This document shows positions 27,718 to 36,757 of a DNA stretch of 47,258 nt, piece after piece (position 1 is the stretch's first letter; each line of letters opens with the position of its first letter). The notes below the pieces were generated by a model, which was not told where the DNA came from, made no database searches, and was given only the letters and a program-made list of their open reading frames with translations. A program made the translations under genes and the position numbers. The DNA comes from a bacterium (GTDB lineage Bacteria; Patescibacteriota; Minisyncoccia; JBDRLZ01): positions 1 to 47,258 of the forward strand of contig JBDRLZ010000017.1 in assembly GCA_043812555.1 (NCBI GenBank), in the 5' to 3' direction.

Positions 27718-28854
27718 TCATCTCAAAATCACCATTGCCTCTTCCAATTGTTCGTCAATATCTTCTGTTTTTGGGTCGTCTAAAACAGCAATATCAGGCT
27801 CAAGGCCTTTTTCATGAATACAATAGCCATCTGGCGTCAGCCATTTGGCAACAGTAATGCGCAAGCTTGATTTGTTTTCTAAGTTCTCCAGCTCCTGGAC
27901 AGAGCCCTTGCCAAAAGTTTTTTCGCCAATAAGTTTAACCCCGCGCAGATCGCGCAAAGCGCCGGCTAAAATCTCTGAGCCAGAAGCAGAACCCTGATTA
28001 ACAAGAATTACTATTGGGTAATTTTTAAGCCGGGCATTGCCAAAAGCCTTGTGCTCTGTTTGCTCGCCATTGCCAAAGTCTTCAATTGCTATAACCTCTC
28101 CCCTATCAACAAACCAGCCGGCAACATCAACCGCTTGATCTAAATAGCCGCCGGGGTTGTTTCGCAAATCTAAAATTATGCCCTTTGGGTTTGAAAGCAA
28201 AACTTGAGCCGCGGCAATTGCGAATTCGCGGGAAGTATCCTGCAAAAAACCGCTAATATCAATATAAACAATATTATTGTCTTTTTGCTCTAATTTAACA
28301 GATTTAATATCAATCTTGCTTCTGGTGATTTTGATTGCTTTAGATTCGCCATTGCGCAAAACAGTTAAAATAATGTCTGTGTTTTTTGGTCCCCTAATTA
28401 AGCGGACAGCTTGGTCTAAAGTCATTTCAGCTGTTGATTTATCGTCAACTTTAATAACTTTATCGCCAGCTTTTAAGCCTGCTTTTTCCGCTGGCATTCC
28501 TTCTAATGGCGCGATAATAGTTAAGATATTATCTCTAATGCCGATTTCAGCGCCAATGCCTTCAAAACTGCCCTGCATATCTTCCATAAATTGCTTATTT
28601 TCTTCTGGCGTCATAAAAGTAGAATACGGGTCTTTTAAAGCGCTGACCATGCCTTTAATTGCGCCGTACATTAAGTCTTGATTATTAACTTGGTCAACAT
28701 ATTTTTCTTCTACTAAATTCCAGGTTTCCCAAAATAAAGTCATATCAGCTTTTTCCTGCGGCGCCGGCTTTATAATTGGCTTTTCTGTCTGGCCCAAATA
28801 ATAACCTAAAACAAAGACAAGCAAAAAAATTATTAATAAGTATTTTTTATTCAT
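27718..28854 (-). CDS. ctpA: carboxy-terminal processing protease (peptidase S41) with PDZ domain
   Basis: Has a PDZ segment ([19 protein letters not shown]) and the catalytic region [13 protein letters not shown]...GEKTFGKG. Confidence 0.85.
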   Translation of the reverse strand: MNKKYLLIIFLLVFVLGYYLGQTEKPIIKPAPQEKADMTLFWETWNLVEEKYVDQVNNQDLMYGAIKGMVSALKDPYSTFMTPEENKQFMEDMQGSFEGIGAEIGIRDNILTIIAPLEGMPAEKAGLKAGDKVIKVDDKSTAEMTLDQAVRLIRGPKNTDIILTVLRNGESKAIKITRSKIDIKSVKLEQKDNNIVYIDISGFLQDTSREFAIAAAQVLLSNPKGIILDLRNNPGGYLDQAVDVAGWFVDRGEVIAIEDFGNGEQTEHKAFGNARLKNYPIVILVNQGSASGSEILAGALRDLRGVKLIGEKTFGKGSVQELENLENKSSLRITVAKWLTPDGYCIHEKGLEPDIAVLDDPKTEDIDEQLEEAMVILR

Positions 28855-29302
28855 GATTTATTTCTAGTAACTCTACTTCAAAAATCAAAGTCGCATTTGG
28901 CGGAATTAGTTCTTCGGCGCCTTGTTCTCCATAAGCCAATTCTGGTGCGATTGTTAGTTTGCGTTTCTCACCTATTTTCATGCCCAAAAGTCCTTTGTCC
29001 CAGCCTTGAATAACTTGTCCCTGGCCCAAAACAAATTCAAAGGGCGCTCCCCTATCCAAGCTTGAATCAAATTTTGTACCGTCTTCTAGAGTTCCGGTAT
29101 AATGCACTGATAGCTTATCGTTATTTTGGGCTTCTTGCCCAGCCCCTTCTTGTAAAACTTCTATTGTTAACCCTCCAACCTCTTGCGCTTCTTGAGTTTC
29201 TTCCGGCAAGTTTTTTTGAGAAAAATCAATGCTAATATAAGCCCAATAACCAAGGCCGATAATTATAATGCAGGCAAAAATTTTAATAATTGTTTGTTTC
29301 AT
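28847..29302 (-). CDS. FKBP-type peptidyl-prolyl cis-trans isomerase, membrane-anchored or secreted
   Basis: [51 protein letters not shown]. Confidence 0.9.
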   Translation of the reverse strand: MKQTIIKIFACIIIIGLGYWAYISIDFSQKNLPEETQEAQEVGGLTIEVLQEGAGQEAQNNDKLSVHYTGTLEDGTKFDSSLDRGAPFEFVLGQGQVIQGWDKGLLGMKIGEKRKLTIAPELAYGEQGAEELIPPNATLIFEVELLEINHE

Positions 29303-29314
29303 GATTTTTTAATT

Positions 29315-30889
29315 TTATTGATTTAATAATACGGCAATTCTTGTTTTTGTTTCTTCTATTTTAATCAAAAGCCAATCTCTTTGCAATTCTAAAATCCTAA
29401 GCTGGATTTCAGCGATTTTAGCTTTAAGCTCAGCTTTTAGTTCTTCAGGCGTTAATTCTTTTTTAATATACTCAAAGCCATCTAAAGCCAAAGAGGCTTG
29501 GTCATCAGGATTAATTACAGATAGATTAACTTTGCCCAAAAGACCCAAGTCAGGCGCTGTGACTTTTATGGTTTCTGAATTAATCAATTCTATTTGTTCT
29601 GCCTGTTGATTGCCGAAACGGACACTGATATTTTCTATAAAATTCTTGCCAGTAATTATAATCTGTTGGCCAAAATAAGTTTTATTGGGTTTGATTGTTT
29701 CAATAATCGGCGCTGGCAATTGAACAATTGACGCGGTTAAAGAGAAATTGCTTTGCGCGTCGCTGGCCGGAATTATAATTACAGAGTTTATGTCTTGACC
29801 AAACTTAGGCAAATAGCTTGTTTCGGTTAGCGATTTTAAAACAAACTGGCCATTCTTGTCAATAATTAAATATGGAATAAAAAAATTTGCTTCAGAATTA
29901 TTTTTAAAGTCGATTTTTAAGGTTTTGCTCTCTTGGCTAATTCCAGAAATTTTATACCAATGCGGCGACCACTCTTTTGTTATTGAAGAAATGCTTAAAG
30001 AAGTAATCGGCAGTAAATTATAATTAGCAGTCAGCGGAACATGAAAATCCAGATTTTTGTTTTTATAACAATATTTGCCATCATCAAAATCGCAATTATT
30101 TAAGTAATTAGCCACTGACCAATCAGAAAATATTTGTTCAAAATTATCAACTGCTTTAATGCCTGTTGTGTTGCTGTTTGTAATTTGTTTTAAAACCTCA
30201 ACGCCTCTTTGGTCAACTAGATATTGAGCAAATAAGTTAATCGCTCCGTAGTCATACATATTGCCAAGCCATTCGGTTAAAGAATTAGAAGAATCACGCA
30301 AAAAACTTTTAACTCGCGTTTCTAAGTTGCTTTTTTCATAAGGTTGATCATAGCCGCAAAGAGTTGGCGCGTATTCAGACAATGCCTCGTTAAGCCAAAC
30401 TTCTTCATCAAGCCAGCGCAGTTTCTTTTTTTGATAAAAATTAATTAAATGCTGAAACTCATGGGCTAAAAAACTCTTGAACAGAGGGCTTGTAATATTA
30501 GACGAATTTAGATAAAACATTTCCCGCTGATTGCTTTTGCTGATTTCGCTTTTTGGAAAACCATCATTAGGATTAAAATAACCGCCGGCTTGGTCAGTCA
30601 TAGGCGTGATTAAAATAGTAATTCTTGAATCATTGTCAATACCCGGCTTCCACTCTTTGCCATAGTTTTCTGTTAATTTTGGATAAACAGTCTCGTCAAA
30701 TTCTTTGGCCAGAGCTTGTAAATAACTTTGCCAATCAGCCTGCCAAACATTTTTTTCAACATAAAAATAAGCATGATTGCTTGTGAATCTTAGCTCTGCT
30801 TCAATTTGCTCTCGGTTTTGAATATCATAACCAGGGTCAACATTAAACATAATTAAAGCGGCTAGCAAAATACTTGCTTTTTTATTCAT
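29315..30889 (-). CDS. secreted HExxH metallopeptidase-like protein with IPT/TIG-like domain and C-terminal coiled coil
   Basis: Has a signal peptide, the AHEFQHL zinc motif, an IITGKNF...VTAPD IPT-like segment, and the helical tail LKAKIAEIQLRILELQ. Confidence 0.45.
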   Translation of the reverse strand: MNKKASILLAALIMFNVDPGYDIQNREQIEAELRFTSNHAYFYVEKNVWQADWQSYLQALAKEFDETVYPKLTENYGKEWKPGIDNDSRITILITPMTDQAGGYFNPNDGFPKSEISKSNQREMFYLNSSNITSPLFKSFLAHEFQHLINFYQKKKLRWLDEEVWLNEALSEYAPTLCGYDQPYEKSNLETRVKSFLRDSSNSLTEWLGNMYDYGAINLFAQYLVDQRGVEVLKQITNSNTTGIKAVDNFEQIFSDWSVANYLNNCDFDDGKYCYKNKNLDFHVPLTANYNLLPITSLSISSITKEWSPHWYKISGISQESKTLKIDFKNNSEANFFIPYLIIDKNGQFVLKSLTETSYLPKFGQDINSVIIIPASDAQSNFSLTASIVQLPAPIIETIKPNKTYFGQQIIITGKNFIENISVRFGNQQAEQIELINSETIKVTAPDLGLLGKVNLSVINPDDQASLALDGFEYIKKELTPEELKAELKAKIAEIQLRILELQRDWLLIKIEETKTRIAVLLNQ

Positions 30890-30946
30890 AATTTAAATTT
30901 TAGCATAAAAAAAACAAAGCAACAAGCGCCTGTTTTTTTTAAGATC

Positions 30947-31201
30947 TTATTTAGTTTTTTTGTTTCCCCCAATCTTCTTTGTCTTCGTGCTTAAAAAAGA
31001 ATCTTTTTCCCACCAATTAATTCCCATTGCTTTAGCTTTATCTACTCCAGCGATTAAAAGTCTTATCTTGATAGTCAATAAATCGACATCAGCCAGTTTA
31101 ATTTGAATATCGCCAACAATAACAATGCCTTTATCTAAAATTAGTGAAAGAACATCAGCTAGAGTATTGCCGACAGTTGATTTTACAATTGTTTTTGTCA
31201 T
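30947..31201 (-). CDS. gvpJ: gas vesicle protein GvpJ (GvpA/J/M family)
   Basis: Has [58 protein letters not shown]. The VDKAKxMGINWW block is characteristic of GvpJ. Confidence 0.8.
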   Translation of the reverse strand: MTKTIVKSTVGNTLADVLSLILDKGIVIVGDIQIKLADVDLLTIKIRLLIAGVDKAKAMGINWWEKDSFLSTKTKKIGGNKKTK

Positions 31202-31737
31202 CTTAATTGTCCTATTGGTCCTAAATCTAAATTCAAATCTTTTTCTTTAAGACCAAAGATTAATCTTAATTCTTCTAATTTGCTTTCTATTGCCTGCAGA
31301 TTTAATCCTAATTTTTCTATCTCTGTTTGGGTCAAATGCCCAGCCTGCACTCTTCTTGTTGCTTCTCTTTCTACTAAGTCAACAATCAGTTTGATTAGGG
31401 TTAAAACTAATTTAGCCAGACCTGATTCTGCTTGCCTAGGGGTGTCAGCATTAATCATTTGATTAATATGAGCTTGGGTTTTTTTAATTTGATTTTCTAA
31501 TTTTTTTAGATAGACTTTATCTCCTATTTCAGCTTGATTTATATCTCCAACTCTCGCGCCTTGCTGGGTTTCTAATCTTGACATAGAAATAAGGACAAGT
31601 TTCAACTGGATAGCCAAGAGATCCAAATCAGCTAGTCTGACTATTAAATCTCCCTGCACCACTGCTCCTTTGTCAATCAGCTTGTCCAAAGCATCAACCA
31701 AACCAGCATTTTTGTTGTAATTATTCGCTTCGCTCAT
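31198..31737 (-). CDS. gvpK: fusion of a GvpA/J/S-family domain (N-terminal) with GvpK (C-terminal)
   Basis: The N-terminus GLVDALDKLIDKGAVVQGDLIVRLADLDLLAIQLKLVLIS is a GvpA-family core. The C-terminus LAKLVLTLIKLIVDLVEREATRRVQAGHLTQTEIEKLGL is the GvpK pattern. It occupies the S-K position of the L-S-K-J gene order. Confidence 0.7.
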   Translation of the reverse strand: MSEANNYNKNAGLVDALDKLIDKGAVVQGDLIVRLADLDLLAIQLKLVLISMSRLETQQGARVGDINQAEIGDKVYLKKLENQIKKTQAHINQMINADTPRQAESGLAKLVLTLIKLIVDLVEREATRRVQAGHLTQTEIEKLGLNLQAIESKLEELRLIFGLKEKDLNLDLGPIGQLR

Positions 31738-32521
31738 AATTATGGTAACAAGGCCAAGGTCCGGTCATTTCAATGTCTAGTCCTTGAGAATTATATTTTT
31801 CTTTTATTTTCTTAATCTTATTTTGAAATCGGGCTAATTTTGCGTCTTTTAATAAATAAAAAGCATTTAAGATCATTTCCTCTGGCCGGCCAGTAAATTC
31901 TTTTGCCAAAAGCTTGCTTTTATTTTTATTCAAGGCTATTTGGCCTGCGCTCTCATATATATTTTTAATAATCCTATCTAATTTTTTATCTTTTATTTGT
32001 TCAATTATTGCATCAATCTCTTTTTGAACAAAGAAAGCCTCGCCTCTGGACATGGACTCGATTTTTTTGTTTTTGACTAAAACTGCCTTATTTTTCCGGG
32101 CAATGCTTTTTTTGAAAATATTCTCTTTTAAAAAAACTTTTACTCCCCATTCCTGTTTCCCTACTAAATTTTTTAAACTCTTTTTAAATTGCTCATAAAG
32201 CTTTTTTAAATTTTCTTCTAGGCTTTCTTTGGTTTTAAATATCACGCCGAATTGCATGGGAATTACTGGAATTCCTCTATTTTTGCCCATTGCTTGTTCA
32301 ACCACTTGCTCATGAATTTCTGCCTTTTTCGTAATCCACTTTAAATCTTCTTGGGCTTTTCTTTGAATCTTTTCTGAAGTAAATTTTTCTAAAGAAACCC
32401 GGCTTATCACTGCTTCCAAATCTTGATAAGGCAAAACTAGAATTCGTCCTCTATCAATGCCTTTTCCAAAAAATTCAGAACGGCCTTTTTGTCTAATGCA
32501 ATATAAGTATAAGCCCTTCAT
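31721..32521 (-). CDS. gvpL: gas vesicle protein GvpL/GvpF family (second copy)
   Basis: Has the MKGLYLYCI start, LPYQDLEAVISRV, and C-terminal LTGPWPCYHN. Confidence 0.75.
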   Translation of the reverse strand: MKGLYLYCIRQKGRSEFFGKGIDRGRILVLPYQDLEAVISRVSLEKFTSEKIQRKAQEDLKWITKKAEIHEQVVEQAMGKNRGIPVIPMQFGVIFKTKESLEENLKKLYEQFKKSLKNLVGKQEWGVKVFLKENIFKKSIARKNKAVLVKNKKIESMSRGEAFFVQKEIDAIIEQIKDKKLDRIIKNIYESAGQIALNKNKSKLLAKEFTGRPEEMILNAFYLLKDAKLARFQNKIKKIKEKYNSQGLDIEMTGPWPCYHNYERSE

Positions 32522-32524
32522 ATT

Positions 32525-32788
32525 TTATTCTTCTTTAACAAGGGCTGTATCTGTTCTTTTGCGCAGATCTATTCGCTCATATTTGAGCAAATCTCCTTTG
32601 ACATCTAAAAGAATCTCATAAGTACCTAAGACATCCATGCCATCAGGAATAGATTTTTTTTCAACAATCTCAATCACAGCTATCCAATTGGCTTTTTCTC
32701 TTCTCAAGCCAATGCCAGCCGGAGATTTAAATCCAGTTAATTCAACTAATTGTTTTTTTGCATTGTCAATAAGTTCTTTTGGCTTCAT
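32525..32788 (-). CDS. gvpO: gas vesicle protein GvpO
   Basis: AKKQLVELTGFK...NWIAVIEIVEKKSIPDGMDVLGTYEILLDVKGDLLKYERIDLRKR matches the GvpO pattern. Confidence 0.7.
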   Translation of the reverse strand: MKPKELIDNAKKQLVELTGFKSPAGIGLRREKANWIAVIEIVEKKSIPDGMDVLGTYEILLDVKGDLLKYERIDLRKRTDTALVKEE

Positions 32789-33006
32789 GATATTTGATTT
32801 AATTTTTCTAAAATAATTTTCTCTTTTTTTTGATATTCAGCTTGAGTAATTTGCTCTGCTTCTAAAGCCATCTGCAGATTAAATAATTCTGTTTGCAGCT
32901 TTTCTGGGGTGTCTTCTAATTCTTCTCGAGCCAGGTTATGTATTTTTTTAAAAATACCAACAAGTCCTTTAGCTGGGAGTAATAATAAATCATCTATTAA
33001 AAGCAT
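32785..33006 (-). CDS. gvpG: gas vesicle protein GvpG
   Basis: MLLIDDLLLLPAKGLVGIFKKI...ELFNLQMALEAEQITQAEYQKKEKIILEKL matches the GvpG pattern. Confidence 0.75.
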   Translation of the reverse strand: MLLIDDLLLLPAKGLVGIFKKIHNLAREELEDTPEKLQTELFNLQMALEAEQITQAEYQKKEKIILEKLNQIS

Positions 33007-33701
33007 AAGTTTACAAAATTATAAGGAGGGACAGGACCGACATAGATAAATTTTATTCTATTGTCATATTTTTTGCCTATTTCTTCTACTCTTTTATCAA
33101 ATTTTTTCTCTTTTTTCTTAGAGACCAAGAAGGCGCTATTGAAAATCATCGCATCACCAAAACAAGCTCTTGATTTAAAATCTACGGCTAATTTGTCTAA
33201 TGCCTGAATAATCTTTTGGGCCTCTTTTTCTCTTTTTTGTTCTAATGCTTTTCCCACTAACTCTCCCACAGCCGCGACTCTGAACTGGCTTGGATTTTTC
33301 CGGGCCTGATTTTTAGCAATTTGGATTTCTTTGTTTTCTCCTATTTCCTGAAAAATACTGGAGATGTCTCGCCACAATGCTTTAAGGCCTAATTCTACTT
33401 TGCCTTGTGTTTTTTTAAATGCTTCTAAAAGTTCTTTTCTTTTTGCTTTTAGTATTTTTTCTTTGATATCTTTCGTGCTTTTGGCCACTATTCCGAAACG
33501 AACCGGCAAAACATCATATCCTTGCTGCATTACTTTTTCAATAACTTTTTGATGAGCAATTAAATGTTCTCGGCTGAAACAAGGTTTTTTTGATCTCAAA
33601 TCTCGAACTACAACTGCCAGATTGCCTTGATTGATAGTGTAGGCTTGCTTAAACTTACACGGCCTTTTTTCTTTAATAATACAGTAGAGATATTTGCCCA
33701 T
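32997..33701 (-). CDS. gvpF: gas vesicle protein GvpF
   Basis: Has the MGKYLYCII start, DVLPVRFG, and C-terminal YVGPVPPYNF. Confidence 0.75.
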   Translation of the reverse strand: MGKYLYCIIKEKRPCKFKQAYTINQGNLAVVVRDLRSKKPCFSREHLIAHQKVIEKVMQQGYDVLPVRFGIVAKSTKDIKEKILKAKRKELLEAFKKTQGKVELGLKALWRDISSIFQEIGENKEIQIAKNQARKNPSQFRVAAVGELVGKALEQKREKEAQKIIQALDKLAVDFKSRACFGDAMIFNSAFLVSKKKEKKFDKRVEEIGKKYDNRIKFIYVGPVPPYNFVNLCF

Positions 33702-33704
33702 CTA

Positions 33705-34025
33705 TTATTTCTTGAGAATTCCTGGCAAAGGCATTCCTAACTTACCCAGATTTCTAATTATAGAAGCGAAAAGAGCGATTACGACTAAGACAAATACTCC
33801 GAAGACAATAAAAGCCAGGCCAGGCAAAGCTTGCCCGACTATTTCAATTACTGCAAAGCCAAGAATATATCCCAAGACCGGTCCTTTCATAAAATTACCG
33901 AGTTTCCTAAAATCAAAAACTTTTTTCGCAAAAGCACTGATAATCCCTAAAACAACATCAACTAGCAATAAAATTACAATAATCTGCATTTGGTAATTCC
34001 CAAAAAGATTAATTATTTCTTCCAT
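33705..34025 (-). CDS. three-TM small membrane protein inside the gvp cluster (weak holin-like resemblance)
   Basis: 106 aa. IIVILLLVDVVLGIISAFAKKVFDFRKLGNFMKG followed by two further TM helices loosely recalls the phage holin 4_1-type organisation. Confidence 0.4.
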   Translation of the reverse strand: MEEIINLFGNYQMQIIVILLLVDVVLGIISAFAKKVFDFRKLGNFMKGPVLGYILGFAVIEIVGQALPGLAFIVFGVFVLVVIALFASIIRNLGKLGMPLPGILKK

Positions 34026-34035
34026 ATTATTTTTG

Positions 34036-34446
34036 CTATTTTACTTTAATTCTATTGTTTAATTCGACCTTTATTAAGCAAATTGCTTTTTTAATTTGCC
34101 CAATGCCTTTGTTAATCCCCTGGTCAATAATCTGCCCTAAACTCAACTCTTCGCTTGGATTATCTTTGCCAGAATTATGTTTTGGCCCGCCTGCCGACGA
34201 GGCAGGCTTTTGTCTAGCTTTCTTCTTGGTTTTTTTCTTTAAAACTTTTGGCTTTTTCTCGTTTTGGCGAGTGACTTTATAGCAATCTCGGCCCTGCAAT
34301 TTTTCAATAAGGCCCTTTTTGTCCAAACCAGCGCAAATAAGGCGAGTATAATCATTACTAATTTTCATCTGCCTAGCAATCCATTGAACAGGAGCTTCTC
34401 CCTTCTTTTCTAAAATTTTTTCCAAAATCTCTTGTTCGGTGGTCAT
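34036..34446 (-). CDS. winged-helix DNA-binding protein with a lysine-rich tail, inside the gvp cluster
   Basis: Has a PVQWIARQMKISNDYTRLICAGLDKKGLIEKL wHTH-like segment and the basic tract KKPKVLKKKTKKKARQKP. Confidence 0.45.
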   Translation of the reverse strand: MTTEQEILEKILEKKGEAPVQWIARQMKISNDYTRLICAGLDKKGLIEKLQGRDCYKVTRQNEKKPKVLKKKTKKKARQKPASSAGGPKHNSGKDNPSEELSLGQIIDQGINKGIGQIKKAICLIKVELNNRIKVK

Positions 34447-34715
34447 GGTTTTTTAATTTTGTTTAAACCAGTTTTTACTCTCCAGCCAGCACTGGCTCGA
34501 AATTCTTTGCCACTTTTGGTCAAGCCTTTTATTTCTTTTTGATAACCACGTATTTCCTCACCTTTTTCTTCCATTTCCTGGACCACATCCAAAATACTAG
34601 CTACGCCTTTAAATAAACCCTCAAACAATCCACCAATTGCTTTGCCAGTGTTTTCTAGATTTTTTTTCAGCGTCCCTAAATCCTCTTTTGAAGTTTTCTT
34701 AATTTTTCTTGCCAT
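34443..34715 (-). CDS. 90-aa hypothetical protein, gvp-cluster member of unknown family
   Basis: The ORF is translationally coupled (4-nt overlap) to the downstream gene. No motif was recognised. Confidence 0.4.
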   Translation of the reverse strand: MARKIKKTSKEDLGTLKKNLENTGKAIGGLFEGLFKGVASILDVVQEMEEKGEEIRGYQKEIKGLTKSGKEFRASAGWRVKTGLNKIKKP

Positions 34716-34718
34716 AAT

Positions 34719-35042
34719 TTAATATCTTAATATTGGGTTTTTTTTCTTGTTTTTCGCTGTCTCTGAAGTGCCTCTTATTTGTTCAGCTGTTTTAGCAGTT
34801 CTCTCAAAAAGCTTGGTCATCTGTTTTTCAACATTTTGCAATCTCATTTGCAACTGCCTTCTTCTCCTTTTCAAACCTTTTAATTCCTTGTTTATTCTAT
34901 CTCTCTCATTGCGACGCATATACAAATCCAAAATAGCAGTAGTTGGCAGGTCTGGCTTACTACTTTTTCTAACTGTGCCAGTATATGTTCTTAAATCATG
35001 CAATCCGCTAAGATCTTGCAATGTTTTTATTGATGTTTTCAT
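34719..35042 (-). CDS. 107-aa coiled-coil protein immediately after gvpN (positional analogue of GvpV, unverified)
   Basis: LDLYMRRNERDRINKELKGLKRRRRQLQMRLQNVEKQM is a coiled coil. The gene follows gvpN, as gvpV does in some proteobacterial clusters. Confidence 0.4.
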   Translation of the reverse strand: MKTSIKTLQDLSGLHDLRTYTGTVRKSSKPDLPTTAILDLYMRRNERDRINKELKGLKRRRRQLQMRLQNVEKQMTKLFERTAKTAEQIRGTSETAKNKKKNPILRY

Positions 35043-35043
35043 C

Positions 35044-35976
35044 TTAGCAATATTTTTTAATTAATTTACGAACCATTTTTTCTATTTCTTTGCGTCTTGC
35101 TGACCAAGGACTTCGGGTAGTCTGCGAGACCAATATATCTTGAGCTAATTCTTGAAACACTGGATTACGAGAACAAAGCTCTCCCTTATTAACTATCAAA
35201 GCTTTAGCAAGAGCAATACAGCTTCGAACAGTTGGCGGAAACTCGCAAGGATTGCCTGTTCTCATGCCCCTGACAATATCAACAATTTTTTCTGCATCTT
35301 GCTTGGGCAAACCGGATTTTGCTTGAGTTATGGCTACTTCTGTTTCCCGATCAAAATACTCCAGATCCATTGTTATCATTCTATCGCGCAGGGCATCCTG
35401 GGCTTTATGAGTGCCAGCATATTCTTCAGGATTAGAAGTAAAAATAGCGCAAAAATTAGGATGAACTTTTAAGTAATAGTGCTCTTCTCCTTGTCTTTGC
35501 GTTGGCAAATCCATTACTTTTTCCTGCAAAATTGAAAGCAAAACATTATTTGCTTCAGGCCTTGATCTGGTGAATTCATCATAAATCAGGGCATAGCCAT
35601 TCTTGCAGGCAATGGTCAGACGATTATCCATCCAGTGTTTCTGCATATCTTGTTCTACTTTTAAAACACTAGCGATAAAATTATCCCTTAAATAACGGTA
35701 GCGATAGCCATGTTCTCCGCCAATTAAATCCGAGGTTTTATATTCCTCATCTCCATGCAAAAGCACAGCCGGTCTTTTGAGTTTGCCAGCTACATGTAAA
35801 GCTAGAGTGGTTTTGCCAGTGCCTGTTGGTCCTCTAAAATGAACTGGCATGCCAATTTTGAGATAATTGAGCGCTCGTTGTGTTAATTGTTTGATATAAG
35901 CCGTCTCAACAAAATCAGGCATTGGCCGAGGCCTAATAACAGCCTGTTCTTCTTCTGAAGATAGATAATAAGACAT
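35044..35976 (-). CDS. gvpN: gas vesicle AAA+ ATPase GvpN
   Basis: Has Walker A GPTGTGKTT, Walker B LIYDEF and a CbbQ/NirQ/GvpN-like layout. 310 aa. Confidence 0.85.
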   Translation of the reverse strand: MSYYLSSEEEQAVIRPRPMPDFVETAYIKQLTQRALNYLKIGMPVHFRGPTGTGKTTLALHVAGKLKRPAVLLHGDEEYKTSDLIGGEHGYRYRYLRDNFIASVLKVEQDMQKHWMDNRLTIACKNGYALIYDEFTRSRPEANNVLLSILQEKVMDLPTQRQGEEHYYLKVHPNFCAIFTSNPEEYAGTHKAQDALRDRMITMDLEYFDRETEVAITQAKSGLPKQDAEKIVDIVRGMRTGNPCEFPPTVRSCIALAKALIVNKGELCSRNPVFQELAQDILVSQTTRSPWSARRKEIEKMVRKLIKKYC

Positions 35977-35997
35977 AATCTTTTCTTAAATTAATTT

Positions 35998-36387
35998 TTA
36001 TTCTGAACTTGCTTTTTTGCTCAAACCAGCCCAATATCCAGCTGCTTCTTTTCTTTCTGCGGCATACTCGCCAAGAATTCTTTTTACTCTTCTTTTTATC
36101 TTTCCCACTCTTTCAACAACATTCGCCATCATTACTTTAAAATCAGCCATTCTGCTAGTTTCACTCTTTCTCAGAAATTCTTTCAAATCAGCAGCTAATT
36201 CTTTCATTTCTTTGTCAAATTGAGCCAGAAGATCAGCAGTATCTCCCTTAATATCTTTTATTTGGACTCGAATATCTTGCATTAACTTAGCCGTATCTCC
36301 CTTAACATCCTTTACATATTGGGTTCTGTCCCGATGAGAAGTTTTAATATCAGCCACTAAATTTTTTATTTCTTGTGCCCAAGCCAT
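35998..36387 (-). CDS. 129-aa helical protein, paralogue of the 175-aa protein at 36724-37251
   Basis: Shares DTxxLLxxF(x10)LKExLxKxExxRxxDFxxMMxx[VI] and C-terminal ERxExxxxWxxL blocks with the 175-aa ORF. It has the internal repeat VKDVKGDTAKL / IKDIKGDTADL. Confidence 0.55.
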   Translation of the reverse strand: MAWAQEIKNLVADIKTSHRDRTQYVKDVKGDTAKLMQDIRVQIKDIKGDTADLLAQFDKEMKELAADLKEFLRKSETSRMADFKVMMANVVERVGKIKRRVKRILGEYAAERKEAAGYWAGLSKKASSE

Positions 36388-36399
36388 ATTACAATTTTT

Positions 36400-36430
36400 A
36401 ATGCTTAATGCTTAATGCTTAATGCTTAAT
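36400..36430. repeat. heptanucleotide tandem repeat (AATGCTT) x 4.4
   Basis: Read directly. It lies in the 52-nt spacer between the zinc-finger gene stop (36440) and the 129-aa gene start (36387). Confidence 0.9.
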
Positions 36431-36439
36431 TTTCGACCT

Positions 36440-36757
36440 TTAATAATTTCCAATTTCTGGCAATCCAGTATCAGGACCCAAGCCCTTCTTGCCTTGTCTT
36501 CTATCTTCTGGCATTACGCCTTTGCCTTTGCAAACCGAACAAGGTAATCGGTGATGAGCAAAAACTCCTGTGCCATTACAAGCTGAACATGTTTCATGGG
36601 GAATATCAGCTATAGTAATCTTGCCTCTGCCTCCACAGACCTGACAGCTAGAAAGCTTTGAAGGAACTTCAAAAGGATCTTTGCCCTTGCCATGACAAAA
36701 AGCGCAGATAATTTTTTTAAATTTTATTGTTCTTTTTTTGACCATAAGTTTTTCCAT
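36440..36757 (-). CDS. stand-alone DnaJ-type zinc-finger protein (four CxxCxGxG repeats)
   Basis: Has CAFCHGKG, CQVCGGRG, CSACNGTG and CSVCKGKG in 105 aa, with no J domain. Confidence 0.7.
   Translation of the reverse strand: MEKLMVKKRTIKFKKIICAFCHGKGKDPFEVPSKLSSCQVCGGRGKITIADIPHETCSACNGTGVFAHHRLPCSVCKGKGVMPEDRRQGKKGLGPDTGLPEIGNY

Noticed and set aside
33694-35472. Plus-strand track ORFs inside the gvp cluster (33694-33996, 34055-34282, 34747-35064, 35152-35472, 36017-36223, 37004-37204, 37351-37566)
   Set aside because: Each is antisense to a minus-strand gene with recognisable Gvp motifs or tight operon coupling. None has motifs or start signals.
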